Shown: piece by piece, positions 55,893 through 64,000 of the stretch
Layout: every line of letters starts with the position of its first letter
Numbering within the stretch: the first letter of the stretch is position 1
DNA from: Candidatus Obscuribacteraceae bacterium
GTDB taxonomy: Bacteria > Cyanobacteriota > Vampirovibrionia > Obscuribacterales > Obscuribacteraceae
Assembly (NCBI GenBank): GCA_044229845.1
Contig: JBGASG010000003.1
Coordinates: 352,001 to 416,000, forward strand
DNA length: 64,000 bases
Reading direction: 5' to 3'
Notes under the pieces: model-generated
What the model was told of the DNA's origin: nothing
The model's database searches: none
The model's input: only the letters and a program-made list of their open reading frames with translations
Position numbers and translations under genes: made by a program

Positions 55893-57458
55893 ATGGAAAG
55901 GTACTATCTGACCACCGCCATTGACTACGCGAACGCTGCGCCGCACATCGGGCACGCGTACGAGAAGATAGCTGCCGACATTATCGCCCGTTTTCACCGC
56001 ATGAGCGGACGCGAGGTCTTCTATTTGACCGGGCTCGATGAGCACGGCTCCAAGGTTGAGAAGGCGGCAATTGCGGCCGGCAAGACGCCGCAGGAATTCG
56101 TCGACGACATCTCAACCAAGTTCAAAGAAGCCTGGCAATTGCTCCAGATATCGAACGACCGCTTCATTCGAACTACTGAACCCGACCACGCAAAAGTGGT
56201 GCAGGAAGTATTCAGGCGCATGCGCAACAAAGGCGACGTTTATAAAGGTCGCTATGCCGGACTCTATTGTGAAGGCTGCGAAGACTATCTGCGGGAGCGG
56301 GACCTGGTCGACGGCATGTGTCCCAATCACAAGAAGCCTCCGCGCGAGATGGGCGAAGAGAATTTCTTTTTCGCGCTTACGAAGTACAAAGAACCGCTGC
56401 GCAAATGGATCCAATCGGAAAAGGTTGTGATGCCGGAGTTTCGTCGCAACGAAGTGCTCAACCAGCTCGATGATGAGGAATTCGGCGACTTCAGCATTTC
56501 ACGTTCGAAGCAGTCGCTGACCTGGGGTATTCCCGTTCCCGATGACGACGACCAAGTCATCTACGTGTGGGTGGATGCGCTCACCAACTACATCACCGGC
56601 GTCGGAGCGTTTGACGAAACAAAACAGGCAATGTGGAAGAAATTCTGGCCCTGCGACTTGCATTTGATTGGCAAAGACATCGTTAAATTTCACGCCATCT
56701 ATTGGCCGGCAATGCTCATGTCAGCTGACATAGAGCCACCGCGCCTGGTCTACGGTCACGGCTTCATAACGGTCGAAGGGCAGAAGATGAGCAAGTCGGT
56801 AGGAAACGTCCTGGAGCCCGCCGATCTCGTCCACGACTACACCGCTGACGGTGTCAGATATTTCCTTTTCCAGAGCAACACTTTCGAGATGGACGGTGAT
56901 TTCTCCGGCGAACAATGTGTCGCCACCTTGAACAGTCACCTGGCGAATAATCTGGGCAACTTGCTCAATCGCACCTTGACTCAGATCGCCAATAAATTCG
57001 ACAGCAAAGTTCCAGATGGCGAATGCGAGTCCGACAAGCTTGCCACCGCCCATGATGCCCACCAGAAGTATTTGAAGCACATGGCAGACTTCGATTTCAA
57101 AAAAGCGCTGGAAGAAGCCTTTGCCCCGGTCAACGAAGCCAACAAATACCTGACCGAGAAGGAACCCTGGAAGCTGGTAAAAGAAAACCCGTCCGCCGCG
57201 GCGCCGATTTTGCGCACCGCCCTCGAGTTGCTCAAGCAAGGCGCCGTCATGTTAGCGCCGTTTACCCCGACGCTCTGCGACGCCATCTGGAACCAGATGG
57301 GATATGACGGTCAACTTTCGACGGCAAAGTTTGATGATGCGCGTTGCCGCGAGCCCATAGCGTCCGGCCAGGCCATTCGCAAAGGCGACCCGGTGTTTCC
57401 GCGAATTGATCCGGTCAACTGTCGCACCTACCCAAAGAGTAAGACGCCCGTCGCCTGA
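55893..57458 (+). CDS. metG: Methionine--tRNA ligase (short form without C-terminal tRNA-binding domain)
   Basis: HIGH (PHIGHAY), GLDEHG, CxxC...CxxH knuckle, YVWVDAL, KMSKS; start ATG 55893. Confidence 0.97.
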   Translation: MERYYLTTAIDYANAAPHIGHAYEKIAADIIARFHRMSGREVFYLTGLDEHGSKVEKAAIAAGKTPQEFVDDISTKFKEAWQLLQISNDRFIRTTEPDHAKVVQEVFRRMRNKGDVYKGRYAGLYCEGCEDYLRERDLVDGMCPNHKKPPREMGEENFFFALTKYKEPLRKWIQSEKVVMPEFRRNEVLNQLDDEEFGDFSISRSKQSLTWGIPVPDDDDQVIYVWVDALTNYITGVGAFDETKQAMWKKFWPCDLHLIGKDIVKFHAIYWPAMLMSADIEPPRLVYGHGFITVEGQKMSKSVGNVLEPADLVHDYTADGVRYFLFQSNTFEMDGDFSGEQCVATLNSHLANNLGNLLNRTLTQIANKFDSKVPDGECESDKLATAHDAHQKYLKHMADFDFKKALEEAFAPVNEANKYLTEKEPWKLVKENPSAAAPILRTALELLKQGAVMLAPFTPTLCDAIWNQMGYDGQLSTAKFDDARCREPIASGQAIRKGDPVFPRIDPVNCRTYPKSKTPVA

Positions 57459-57517
57459 TGTGGCGGGCGACTCAGTCGATGAGGACGTCAGCCCTCGACG
57501 CAGTGCCGGCGAATTTC

Positions 57518-59350
57518 TTAGCGAACTTTCCGCCAGACAATGATTTCTTTGTACTGCTGGTCGTAGAGCTTCGCTTCGCTCTCCGTGGTCATGATGCCCT
57601 TGATGCTGCTGTTGTTGAAGATCATGCCGTGTCCCATGTAGACAGCCGCATGTGACTTTTCGCCGGGATTGCGGTGAGCGACCATGATGTCGCCGGCCCG
57701 ACGATCCTCCCAACGCACCTGGACGAAGCCCATGTGCGGCAGGTCTTCCTCCAATTTGGCATTGCCGATTTCTTTCATTTTGTCCGGAATGCCGTAGGCA
57801 TTGCCAGCCAGAAGCGTGACAGCCCGGGTGCAACCAAGGTCGGTCGTAACCTGTTTATCGTAGTCGGTGATCACTTTACCTTCGAGTTGGCGCGCAATCT
57901 GTTGCATGCGCGCATACACCTCGGGATTGGTCGGACTGTCGTCACCGCTGCGTGCGCCGCGCACATCGTTGCCACTGGGGCGATGCTCTTTCGGCGGACG
58001 CTGTCTGCGCATGCGTTGCTCTGGACGCGGCACGCCGCCATCTTCCGGAGCCCCGGAATAATCATAAGGATCGCGGCCCTGATCGCGAGGCAGGTCGGTG
58101 CGCGGAGGCATGACGACTCGATCGTTAGGCGGATACGGCTGATTCCAGCTGCCATCCGGCGGATAGTCTCCTTGATCCGGATACGGGTATTCACCGTCGA
58201 CCGGACGCGGACGGTTGCGATTGAAGAATCGCGGGTCACCACCGCTCGCTCTATACATGATGCGAAATTCGCGTTCAGTTCGCGACATCGGTCCGTTCAT
58301 CCAGCAGCGTTCACCGGACATCGGATCGTAGCCCCAATGTCCTCTGCGGCTGGGATGCAAGCGATCCATGTTGCCGCCGCCCATGAAGAAACGCGGACCA
58401 CCCTGTCCGAGCGAAATACCTATATCCATACCGCCGAGGTTGAACCGCAGACCGCCATTCATCATCGGACCCATGCCGATTGGGTTGCCCCAGCGGTCGC
58501 AATCCTGTCCGGGAATTCGTTCGTCCCATGGATAGCGTCCTTCGTCCCAGCGACCGCCCTGGTTCCAGCGACCGCCCTGGTTCCAGCGACCACCCTGGTT
58601 CCAGCGACCGCCCTGATTCCAGCGACCGCCCTGATTCCACTGATCCGGACAATCTTCCCAATCAGCTTGGTCCCATTGTCTCTGGTTCCACTGACCGCCC
58701 TGGTTCCAGCGGCCGCCTTGGTTCCAGCGCCCTCCCTGATTCCAGCGACCACCCTGGTTCCACTGACCTTGCTCCCATTGATCTTGTGACGACCATACAG
58801 AAGGTTGTTGATGCGGATAAATCAGACGTCCGGACCCATCGCGGTTGCAGGGGCGGTGCATCCGGTTGAACTGTCCATCACCCATGCTCAGCTGGATACC
58901 GAATTGCGATGCGAACTGACCAAACTGCGCGGCGATCTGGGCTTCGTTGTTACGCCGTCCCTGGTGGGGATAGCGCAAATGCTGTTGTTGCGGACTCCAA
59001 GTCTGACCCTGATTCCAGGTCTGAACAGACCCTGTGTCGTTGTTGTGCCAACGGCGACGTTGCTGCTGATGGGGGTAAACCAGCTGAGAGTGCGAGACAG
59101 GTATGACCATGGAGCCGTCATCGGACATGCGAGCCCGCGTCATTCGGACGCGCTGCTGACCGTGGTCCGACTGCCAACGCGGCTGTCCGGAATCGTCCCG
59201 CCGGTGGGGATACATCATGCCCGTGTGTCCGGGCTGGTCGCCGTGACGATGCCGCGGACCGCCCTGTTCGTGAACGAACTCTTGTCTGAAGCGCCCGCCC
59301 TGGATTTGACTTTCGTCAGATCTCCGGTGAATTACTCTGTCATGTGTCAT
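57518..59350 (-). CDS. Low-complexity Q/G/W/R repeat protein with C-terminal NlpC/P60-like domain
   Basis: GGRWNQ repeats; C-terminal LGCTRAV...AGDIMV...SHAAVYMG.GMIFNNSS. Confidence 0.8.
   Translation of the reverse strand: MTHDRVIHRRSDESQIQGGRFRQEFVHEQGGPRHRHGDQPGHTGMMYPHRRDDSGQPRWQSDHGQQRVRMTRARMSDDGSMVIPVSHSQLVYPHQQQRRRWHNNDTGSVQTWNQGQTWSPQQQHLRYPHQGRRNNEAQIAAQFGQFASQFGIQLSMGDGQFNRMHRPCNRDGSGRLIYPHQQPSVWSSQDQWEQGQWNQGGRWNQGGRWNQGGRWNQGGQWNQRQWDQADWEDCPDQWNQGGRWNQGGRWNQGGRWNQGGRWNQGGRWDEGRYPWDERIPGQDCDRWGNPIGMGPMMNGGLRFNLGGMDIGISLGQGGPRFFMGGGNMDRLHPSRRGHWGYDPMSGERCWMNGPMSRTEREFRIMYRASGGDPRFFNRNRPRPVDGEYPYPDQGDYPPDGSWNQPYPPNDRVVMPPRTDLPRDQGRDPYDYSGAPEDGGVPRPEQRMRRQRPPKEHRPSGNDVRGARSGDDSPTNPEVYARMQQIARQLEGKVITDYDKQVTTDLGCTRAVTLLAGNAYGIPDKMKEIGNAKLEEDLPHMGFVQVRWEDRRAGDIMVAHRNPGEKSHAAVYMGHGMIFNNSSIKGIMTTESEAKLYDQQYKEIIVWRKVR
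58547..58759 (-). repeat. 18-bp tandem repeats encoding NQGGRW, in two blocks
   Basis: Plus-strand unit CCAGCGACCGCCCTGGTT: five units at 58547-58636 and four at 58688-58759. Confidence 0.95.
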
Positions 59351-59530
59351 GGATGAAAAAACCGTTGCCCTGAAACCCGCACTGCAGATATTAGGCTAAG
59401 TCGACAACCCCGTCTGCACGGTTTCTCCCACGCCCTGCGTGCAATACGCGTGAAACCGTCAGGCTCTCAGCCTTCGACCGGCTCTTGAAAAGTGGAATAA
59501 TGCAATATGCCTTAACCACAGCGGTCAACC

Positions 59531-60709
59531 GTGATGTCCAAGAACCTACCCCCTGGAGCTTTTACGGTCATACTTATGACGTCACTGGTTTGGGCGTGCC
59601 TTTGCTTGCAGCCAGCAGTTGGCGACACAGCCATGGACGAGGGCATGGCACAACTACGCAACAAGAATTACACCCAGGCTTTCTATTCCTTCGAAACCGC
59701 GAAGCGCAATCCGTCCAGCGCTCCCGAGGCCAGCTATTATCAGGCGATGTGTTATTACGGACTGGGCAAGGTCGATTACGCTCGCACAATGCTGCGGACC
59801 ACCATCGACCGCTATCCGCAAGCTCAAATTGCCGGCACCGCCAGGGAAGCCCTCGACCGGATCAATCGAGAAGGGACGGGCACCGCGGCCGGCTCGGCGG
59901 CCAACACCCCGGCAGGCACGGCGTCCGAGGATTCCGGACAGTCAGCTGAAGTTTCTTATAAAAGAGACCGCTCGGGACGCATGATTGTGAACGTCCTTCT
60001 GAACGGCAAGACCCCTTACCCGATGCTGGTCGACACCGGCGCAGACGTTTGTTCGATGACACAAGAGCAAGCTGTCGCAGCCGGCATCGACCTGTCCAAG
60101 CCGCTGCGTCGAACGCGTCTGTATGGCGCCGCCGGTGAGACGGCCGCCAAAATCTATCGCACGCGCATACAGATCGGGCGTATCGCAAATGACGTCGAGG
60201 TCTTCGTAGAGGATTCAGCGCGCAACGACTATGCCATTTTGGGGCGAAACTTTTTTGGCAATCTGGCGCTGGAGGTGGATGATACTCGCCACACCCTGCG
60301 TTTTTGCAACCAGAAAGACATGCGGGTAAACCAGCAGGCGGCACAGATTCCCTACCGCAGCAATGGGCATGGACTGTGCGTGACGGTCAAGATCAACGGT
60401 CGTGAGTGCGAGATGATTTTTGACACCGGATGCAGTACCACCAGTTTTACCGACAAACAATGGTCGGCGCTGGGCATGACCACACCGACCAGCGCCAATC
60501 AAGGCACCTCTGCCGGACTGGGCGGCTCCCGCGAGGCGCGCATGTTTCCCATCGGCAGCATGGAGTTGGGCGGCATCATCAAGTACAACGTACCGGCCCA
60601 CGTCTCCATATACGGTACCACCGACAGACCGCTCCTGGGCATGAGTTTTCTGCAGGGACTCAGGTACGTCATCGATCCCTACAGCCAGCGCATCTACATA
60701 TCCAAGTAA
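59531..60709 (+). CDS. Exported TPR plus tandem retropepsin-like aspartyl protease
   Basis: Signal-peptide-like N-terminus; TPR-like segment; MLVDTGAD...ILGRNFF and MIFDTGCS...LLGMSFL. Confidence 0.9.
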   Translation: MMSKNLPPGAFTVILMTSLVWACLCLQPAVGDTAMDEGMAQLRNKNYTQAFYSFETAKRNPSSAPEASYYQAMCYYGLGKVDYARTMLRTTIDRYPQAQIAGTAREALDRINREGTGTAAGSAANTPAGTASEDSGQSAEVSYKRDRSGRMIVNVLLNGKTPYPMLVDTGADVCSMTQEQAVAAGIDLSKPLRRTRLYGAAGETAAKIYRTRIQIGRIANDVEVFVEDSARNDYAILGRNFFGNLALEVDDTRHTLRFCNQKDMRVNQQAAQIPYRSNGHGLCVTVKINGRECEMIFDTGCSTTSFTDKQWSALGMTTPTSANQGTSAGLGGSREARMFPIGSMELGGIIKYNVPAHVSIYGTTDRPLLGMSFLQGLRYVIDPYSQRIYISK

Positions 60710-62545
60710 TCAGTGTCCTCGTTTTTTCGGCTTCGGCTTACCGGGCGCAGCGGCCAGTTGCGCGTTGGCCGGGGTGATATTGAAGAAACGCTCCAGCACC
60801 TTTTTGGCAATCGGAGCGGCGTCCGAGCCGCCGTGTCCACCGTGTTCGACGAAACAGCACATGGCGATGCGCGGCTTGTCCGCCGGGGCATAGCAAGCAA
60901 ACCAGGCGTGGCACTTGCTGCCGATCGGTGGCGCTTCGGCGGTTCCGGTTTTGCCGGCAACCTCCACCTGTCCGAGCCTGGTGGCGCCCGCGGTGCCTGA
61001 TGCCACCACTGCCTTCAGCCCTTTCGCCACTACATCCATGTATTCTTTTTTGATCTTCACGTGTTCAGGACGCGGCGGCGGAATCTGCCTGTCACCAATC
61101 TTGATGGCGAAGTGCAAATTGGGCACCTGTCCCCGCATACCCAACCCTGCATACATGCGGGCCGCCTGCGCCGGTGTCACCTGGCAGTAGGTCTGTCCGA
61201 TCGAGTAGTGCAAAGTGTTACCCGGATACCACTTCTCGTGATAGACACGTTCTTTCCATTTCGAATCAGGAACCAACCCATTACCTTCATGGAGCAGTTC
61301 GATGCCTGTCGGTCGTCCGGCTCCCATCAGGTTGCCCCATTTTTTGATGTCTTCCGGTTTCATCTTCAAAGCCATTTGATAGAAGGCGGAATCGCGAGAC
61401 CAGGCAAGACACTTTACCAGGTCAAACAGACCGGAGGCGCCCGTCCAATCGTGGAAGAAGAAACCGCCCAGGGCGATGCCACCAGAGACGTGCAATTTGG
61501 TATCAGGCTTAACGGCCTTCACATCGAGCGCTGCCAGAAGTGTAATCGCTTTCCAGATCGAGCCCGGCGGAAATCCCGAGAGCGCGCGGTTATATAGGGG
61601 GTGGTCGGGAGCGTTCAATCGCTTCCAGACGGCAGGCGTGATGCGGCGAGTGAAAGCGTTGGGATCGAAACTGGGACGGGAGACCATAGCCAGTACTTCG
61701 CCGGTTTGCGGATCGACAATTACAACAGCCCCGCGGCGCTCGCCCAGGGCATCATAAGCAACTTTCTGCAGTTCGACATCAATCGAGGTGACGATCGGCA
61801 AGCCGGCTTTTGCCTCCGACGTGACGACCGGGCGCGCCGTTTCTGCAGACAAAGTCGTACCGGCCGCGTTGACGCGGACGCGCTGCTCTCCGTCGACGCC
61901 TCGCAGCTGATCGTCGTAGATGCGCTCCAGTCCGTCTTGTCCAACGACATCACCCATCCGCCTTTCGGGACGGCGCTTCAATTGCCCTTCGGTGATTTCG
62001 CCGCAATAGCCAAGCACGTGAGCCGTCAGCTCGCCATAGGGATAGTTGCGGCTGATATCCGGCAAGATGTCGATGCCCGGCAACCACATTCTTTGCTCGT
62101 AAAACTTGCTGACGACACGCACATCCACGTCGCGCTCGATAACTACGGGCAGTACCGATTCCGATTCGCGCGCTTCTTCTAAACGTTTTTTGATCTCCTC
62201 AAACTTCACCTCAGGCAACAGTCTGTGCAGCCGCAGTCCTAGTTCTTCGATATTGTCGATCTGGGCCGGAATCGCCACCAGCGACAGTGTCTGCTTGTTG
62301 GTGGCCAGCATGTTGCCGCGCCGGTCATAAATAATGCCGCGCGGTGCGCGCAAGAAAGTGACGCGCGTGGAGTTTTCCACAGCCTTGGCTTTGTAATAGC
62401 CATTCTGCATGATCTGCAACCAGACCAGGCGCGCCAGAAGCGCCGCCATGGCTCCCACAACCAGAATCAGGACCAGCGTCGCCTTCTGTCCGGCATTCTG
62501 GACAGCGGGCAATCGTTCTTGTTGGGGAGGTGTTTGGGTCTGCAT
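60710..62545 (-). CDS. mrdA: Penicillin-binding protein 2
   Basis: LQI...APRGIIYDR, PGSIWK (SxxK), SRD, KTGTAE; downstream of mreCD. Confidence 0.95.
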   Translation of the reverse strand: MQTQTPPQQERLPAVQNAGQKATLVLILVVGAMAALLARLVWLQIMQNGYYKAKAVENSTRVTFLRAPRGIIYDRRGNMLATNKQTLSLVAIPAQIDNIEELGLRLHRLLPEVKFEEIKKRLEEARESESVLPVVIERDVDVRVVSKFYEQRMWLPGIDILPDISRNYPYGELTAHVLGYCGEITEGQLKRRPERRMGDVVGQDGLERIYDDQLRGVDGEQRVRVNAAGTTLSAETARPVVTSEAKAGLPIVTSIDVELQKVAYDALGERRGAVVIVDPQTGEVLAMVSRPSFDPNAFTRRITPAVWKRLNAPDHPLYNRALSGFPPGSIWKAITLLAALDVKAVKPDTKLHVSGGIALGGFFFHDWTGASGLFDLVKCLAWSRDSAFYQMALKMKPEDIKKWGNLMGAGRPTGIELLHEGNGLVPDSKWKERVYHEKWYPGNTLHYSIGQTYCQVTPAQAARMYAGLGMRGQVPNLHFAIKIGDRQIPPPRPEHVKIKKEYMDVVAKGLKAVVASGTAGATRLGQVEVAGKTGTAEAPPIGSKCHAWFACYAPADKPRIAMCCFVEHGGHGGSDAAPIAKKVLERFFNITPANAQLAAAPGKPKPKKRGH

Positions 62546-62564
62546 ATAAGTGGATAGTACCTAA

Positions 62565-63176
62565 TTATCGACCCAGATGGTTGTGTTCGAGTTTAAACGA
62601 GTATTCGTACCAGGACCGCAGCGGCAGGTAGATGAACGGCGCCACCAGAGCATTGAGCATGGCTTCCGGCACGACAATTTGCAAAAGGTGCCCAAGCACA
62701 TCCGGTCTACCCATGATGAACAGCTGAGCTGCCATCACCATTTCAGCAAATGCAGTGAGAATTAGAACCAGCGGCACAATCAAAATTGTCTGGCGCCCGA
62801 AGCTGCGCAAACAGAAATACCCCGCCACCCAGCCGACAATTGGATAGGCGACCGGATAGACCGGCAAAGACGATGACAGCAACGCCCCGAACAGCGCACC
62901 GACTGTGGCACCACTGATCGAACCCGACGCCAACTGACGAAAGAAGATCTGCCCGATGCTGCTCATGCGCAGCTCATCGGCGGTAATAGTGCCCAGCGGG
63001 CTGCCGAAGACGGCGCCCCAGATAATCGCCACAGTTAAAGGCAGATTGCAAATGACGTGATGGTAGGAAAAGCGGTTGAGCAAGCAAATTTGCAGAATCA
63101 GCGCCGCCAGGCAGAGGAACCCGGTCAGCCCCAGGTCGGCCAATCGCTTTTGCGAACGCATAGAGAGAATACTCAA
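62565..63176 (-). CDS. mreD: Rod shape-determining protein MreD-like
   Basis: Hydrophobic multi-TM ORF between mreC and mrdA. Confidence 0.75.
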   Translation of the reverse strand: MSILSMRSQKRLADLGLTGFLCLAALILQICLLNRFSYHHVICNLPLTVAIIWGAVFGSPLGTITADELRMSSIGQIFFRQLASGSISGATVGALFGALLSSSLPVYPVAYPIVGWVAGYFCLRSFGRQTILIVPLVLILTAFAEMVMAAQLFIMGRPDVLGHLLQIVVPEAMLNALVAPFIYLPLRSWYEYSFKLEHNHLGR

Positions 63177-63188
63177 GGCACGCCGCTC

Positions 63189-64000
63189 CTAGTCTTCAAT
63201 GGGAGGGACGATCAATACGTGCGTCAGGTCGTAAAAATTCTCCGACGGCTTCACATCAATAGATAAGGTGGTGCCGTTGGTATCGCGTTTCACCATGGTC
63301 ACCACGCCCACAGGGTGCCCCGGCGGGAATGTGCCGCCATTGCCCAGGCAGGTCACCTTATCGCCGATTTCGACGTTGGTGCCGACCGGTATATGTTCGA
63401 TGATCGGCGGATCTTTGTGTCGCCCGACCAGAATTCCAGGTTGATTAATACGGGCTATCAACACACCGATGCGCTCATCCGGATCGCTGATCAGCTTCAC
63501 GACGCTGGCATCAGGAGAAACTTTCATGACTTGCCCGACCACGCCCAGCGAGGTGACGACCGCCGACCCTGGGCGCACCGCGTCTTTCTCTCCGCGGTCG
63601 ATGATTACTTGCTCGAACCAGTTGTCGGCGTTTCTTCCCACGACATCGGCAGCCACTGTCCGGCGGTCGATCTTGCGTTTCAACCCGAGCATGGCGCGCA
63701 GTTTGTCGGTGTCTTTCGCATCCTGCTTGTACTTAGTCAGTTCCAGTTCAGAATCTGCAAGCTTCTTCTCCAGAGTGACAATCCGCTCGGAAGCTACCAG
63801 CAGTTGCTGAGCCAGATCGCGCGTCGACTGCACGCCGTTGGCGCCCTTCATGAAGACTCCGGAGATCCACGCGTACGAAGTGAGCACCGTTCCCGCCAGG
63901 ATGGGCAGAGCCAGCAACACGATGAGAATCAGGATGAAGATGAACTCGGCAATACTTTCGGAACCCAGTGGATTCCGACCTTCTGAAAGTCGACTCTCAA
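63189..64000 (-). CDS. mreC: Rod shape-determining protein MreC, partial (start lies outside the window)
   Basis: TM, coiled coil, IIDRG...GVVGQV...TFPPGHPVGVV; frame open to position 64000. Confidence 0.93.
   Translation of the reverse strand, partial: ESRLSEGRNPLGSESIAEFIFILILIVLLALPILAGTVLTSYAWISGVFMKGANGVQSTRDLAQQLLVASERIVTLEKKLADSELELTKYKQDAKDTDKLRAMLGLKRKIDRRTVAADVVGRNADNWFEQVIIDRGEKDAVRPGSAVVTSLGVVGQVMKVSPDASVVKLISDPDERIGVLIARINQPGILVGRHKDPPIIEHIPVGTNVEIGDKVTCLGNGGTFPPGHPVGVVTMVKRDTNGTTLSIDVKPSENFYDLTHVLIVPPIED

Noticed and set aside
58547..58759. Tandem repeats as a CRISPR array
   Set aside because: Contiguous 18-bp in-frame coding units with third-position variation and no unique spacers.
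57674..58789. 371-aa plus-strand ORF with VPATAL repeats
   Set aside because: Antisense shadow of the repeat protein; the minus-strand frame carries the recognisable catalytic domain.

Overview
Bacterial chromosomal window, mostly housekeeping genes: rpmE, pyrF, lysA-cdaA, serS, pdxST with a MocR-type regulator, aroF, a CobT-like gene, an S41 protease, rplS-rbgA-rnhB, nrdR, rimO-rodZ-rluB, coaBC, metG and mreC-mreD-mrdA. Cyanobacteria-like homologues and gene order, no photosynthesis genes, and a kinase/TPR-rich accessory content suggest a non-photosynthetic cyanobacterial relative (Vampirovibrionia/Melainabacteria, possibly Obscuribacterales). That placement is inference, not a database result. 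I see no tRNA, rRNA, CRISPR array or intact transposase. The most striking unannotated signal is an orphan IS200/IS605 TnpB-type omegaRNA/right-end scaffold (about 758-930, minus strand). Its nested stems are intact, it ends in TCAA, no tnpB gene accompanies it, and its guide-position sequence has a 12/14 near-copy upstream of the neighbouring response regulator. Other items of note: a Q/G/W/R low-complexity GGRWNQ-repeat protein fused to an NlpC/P60-like domain; a divergent nucleotidyltransferase/metallophosphoesterase pair inside a cluster of four paralogous membrane-anchored TPR-like proteins; tandem DUF4388-like paralogs; a doubly degenerate REC-GGDEF protein; and dense ATTGG/CCAAT arrays flanking the MocR regulator. 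All family assignments come from motif recognition by eye.
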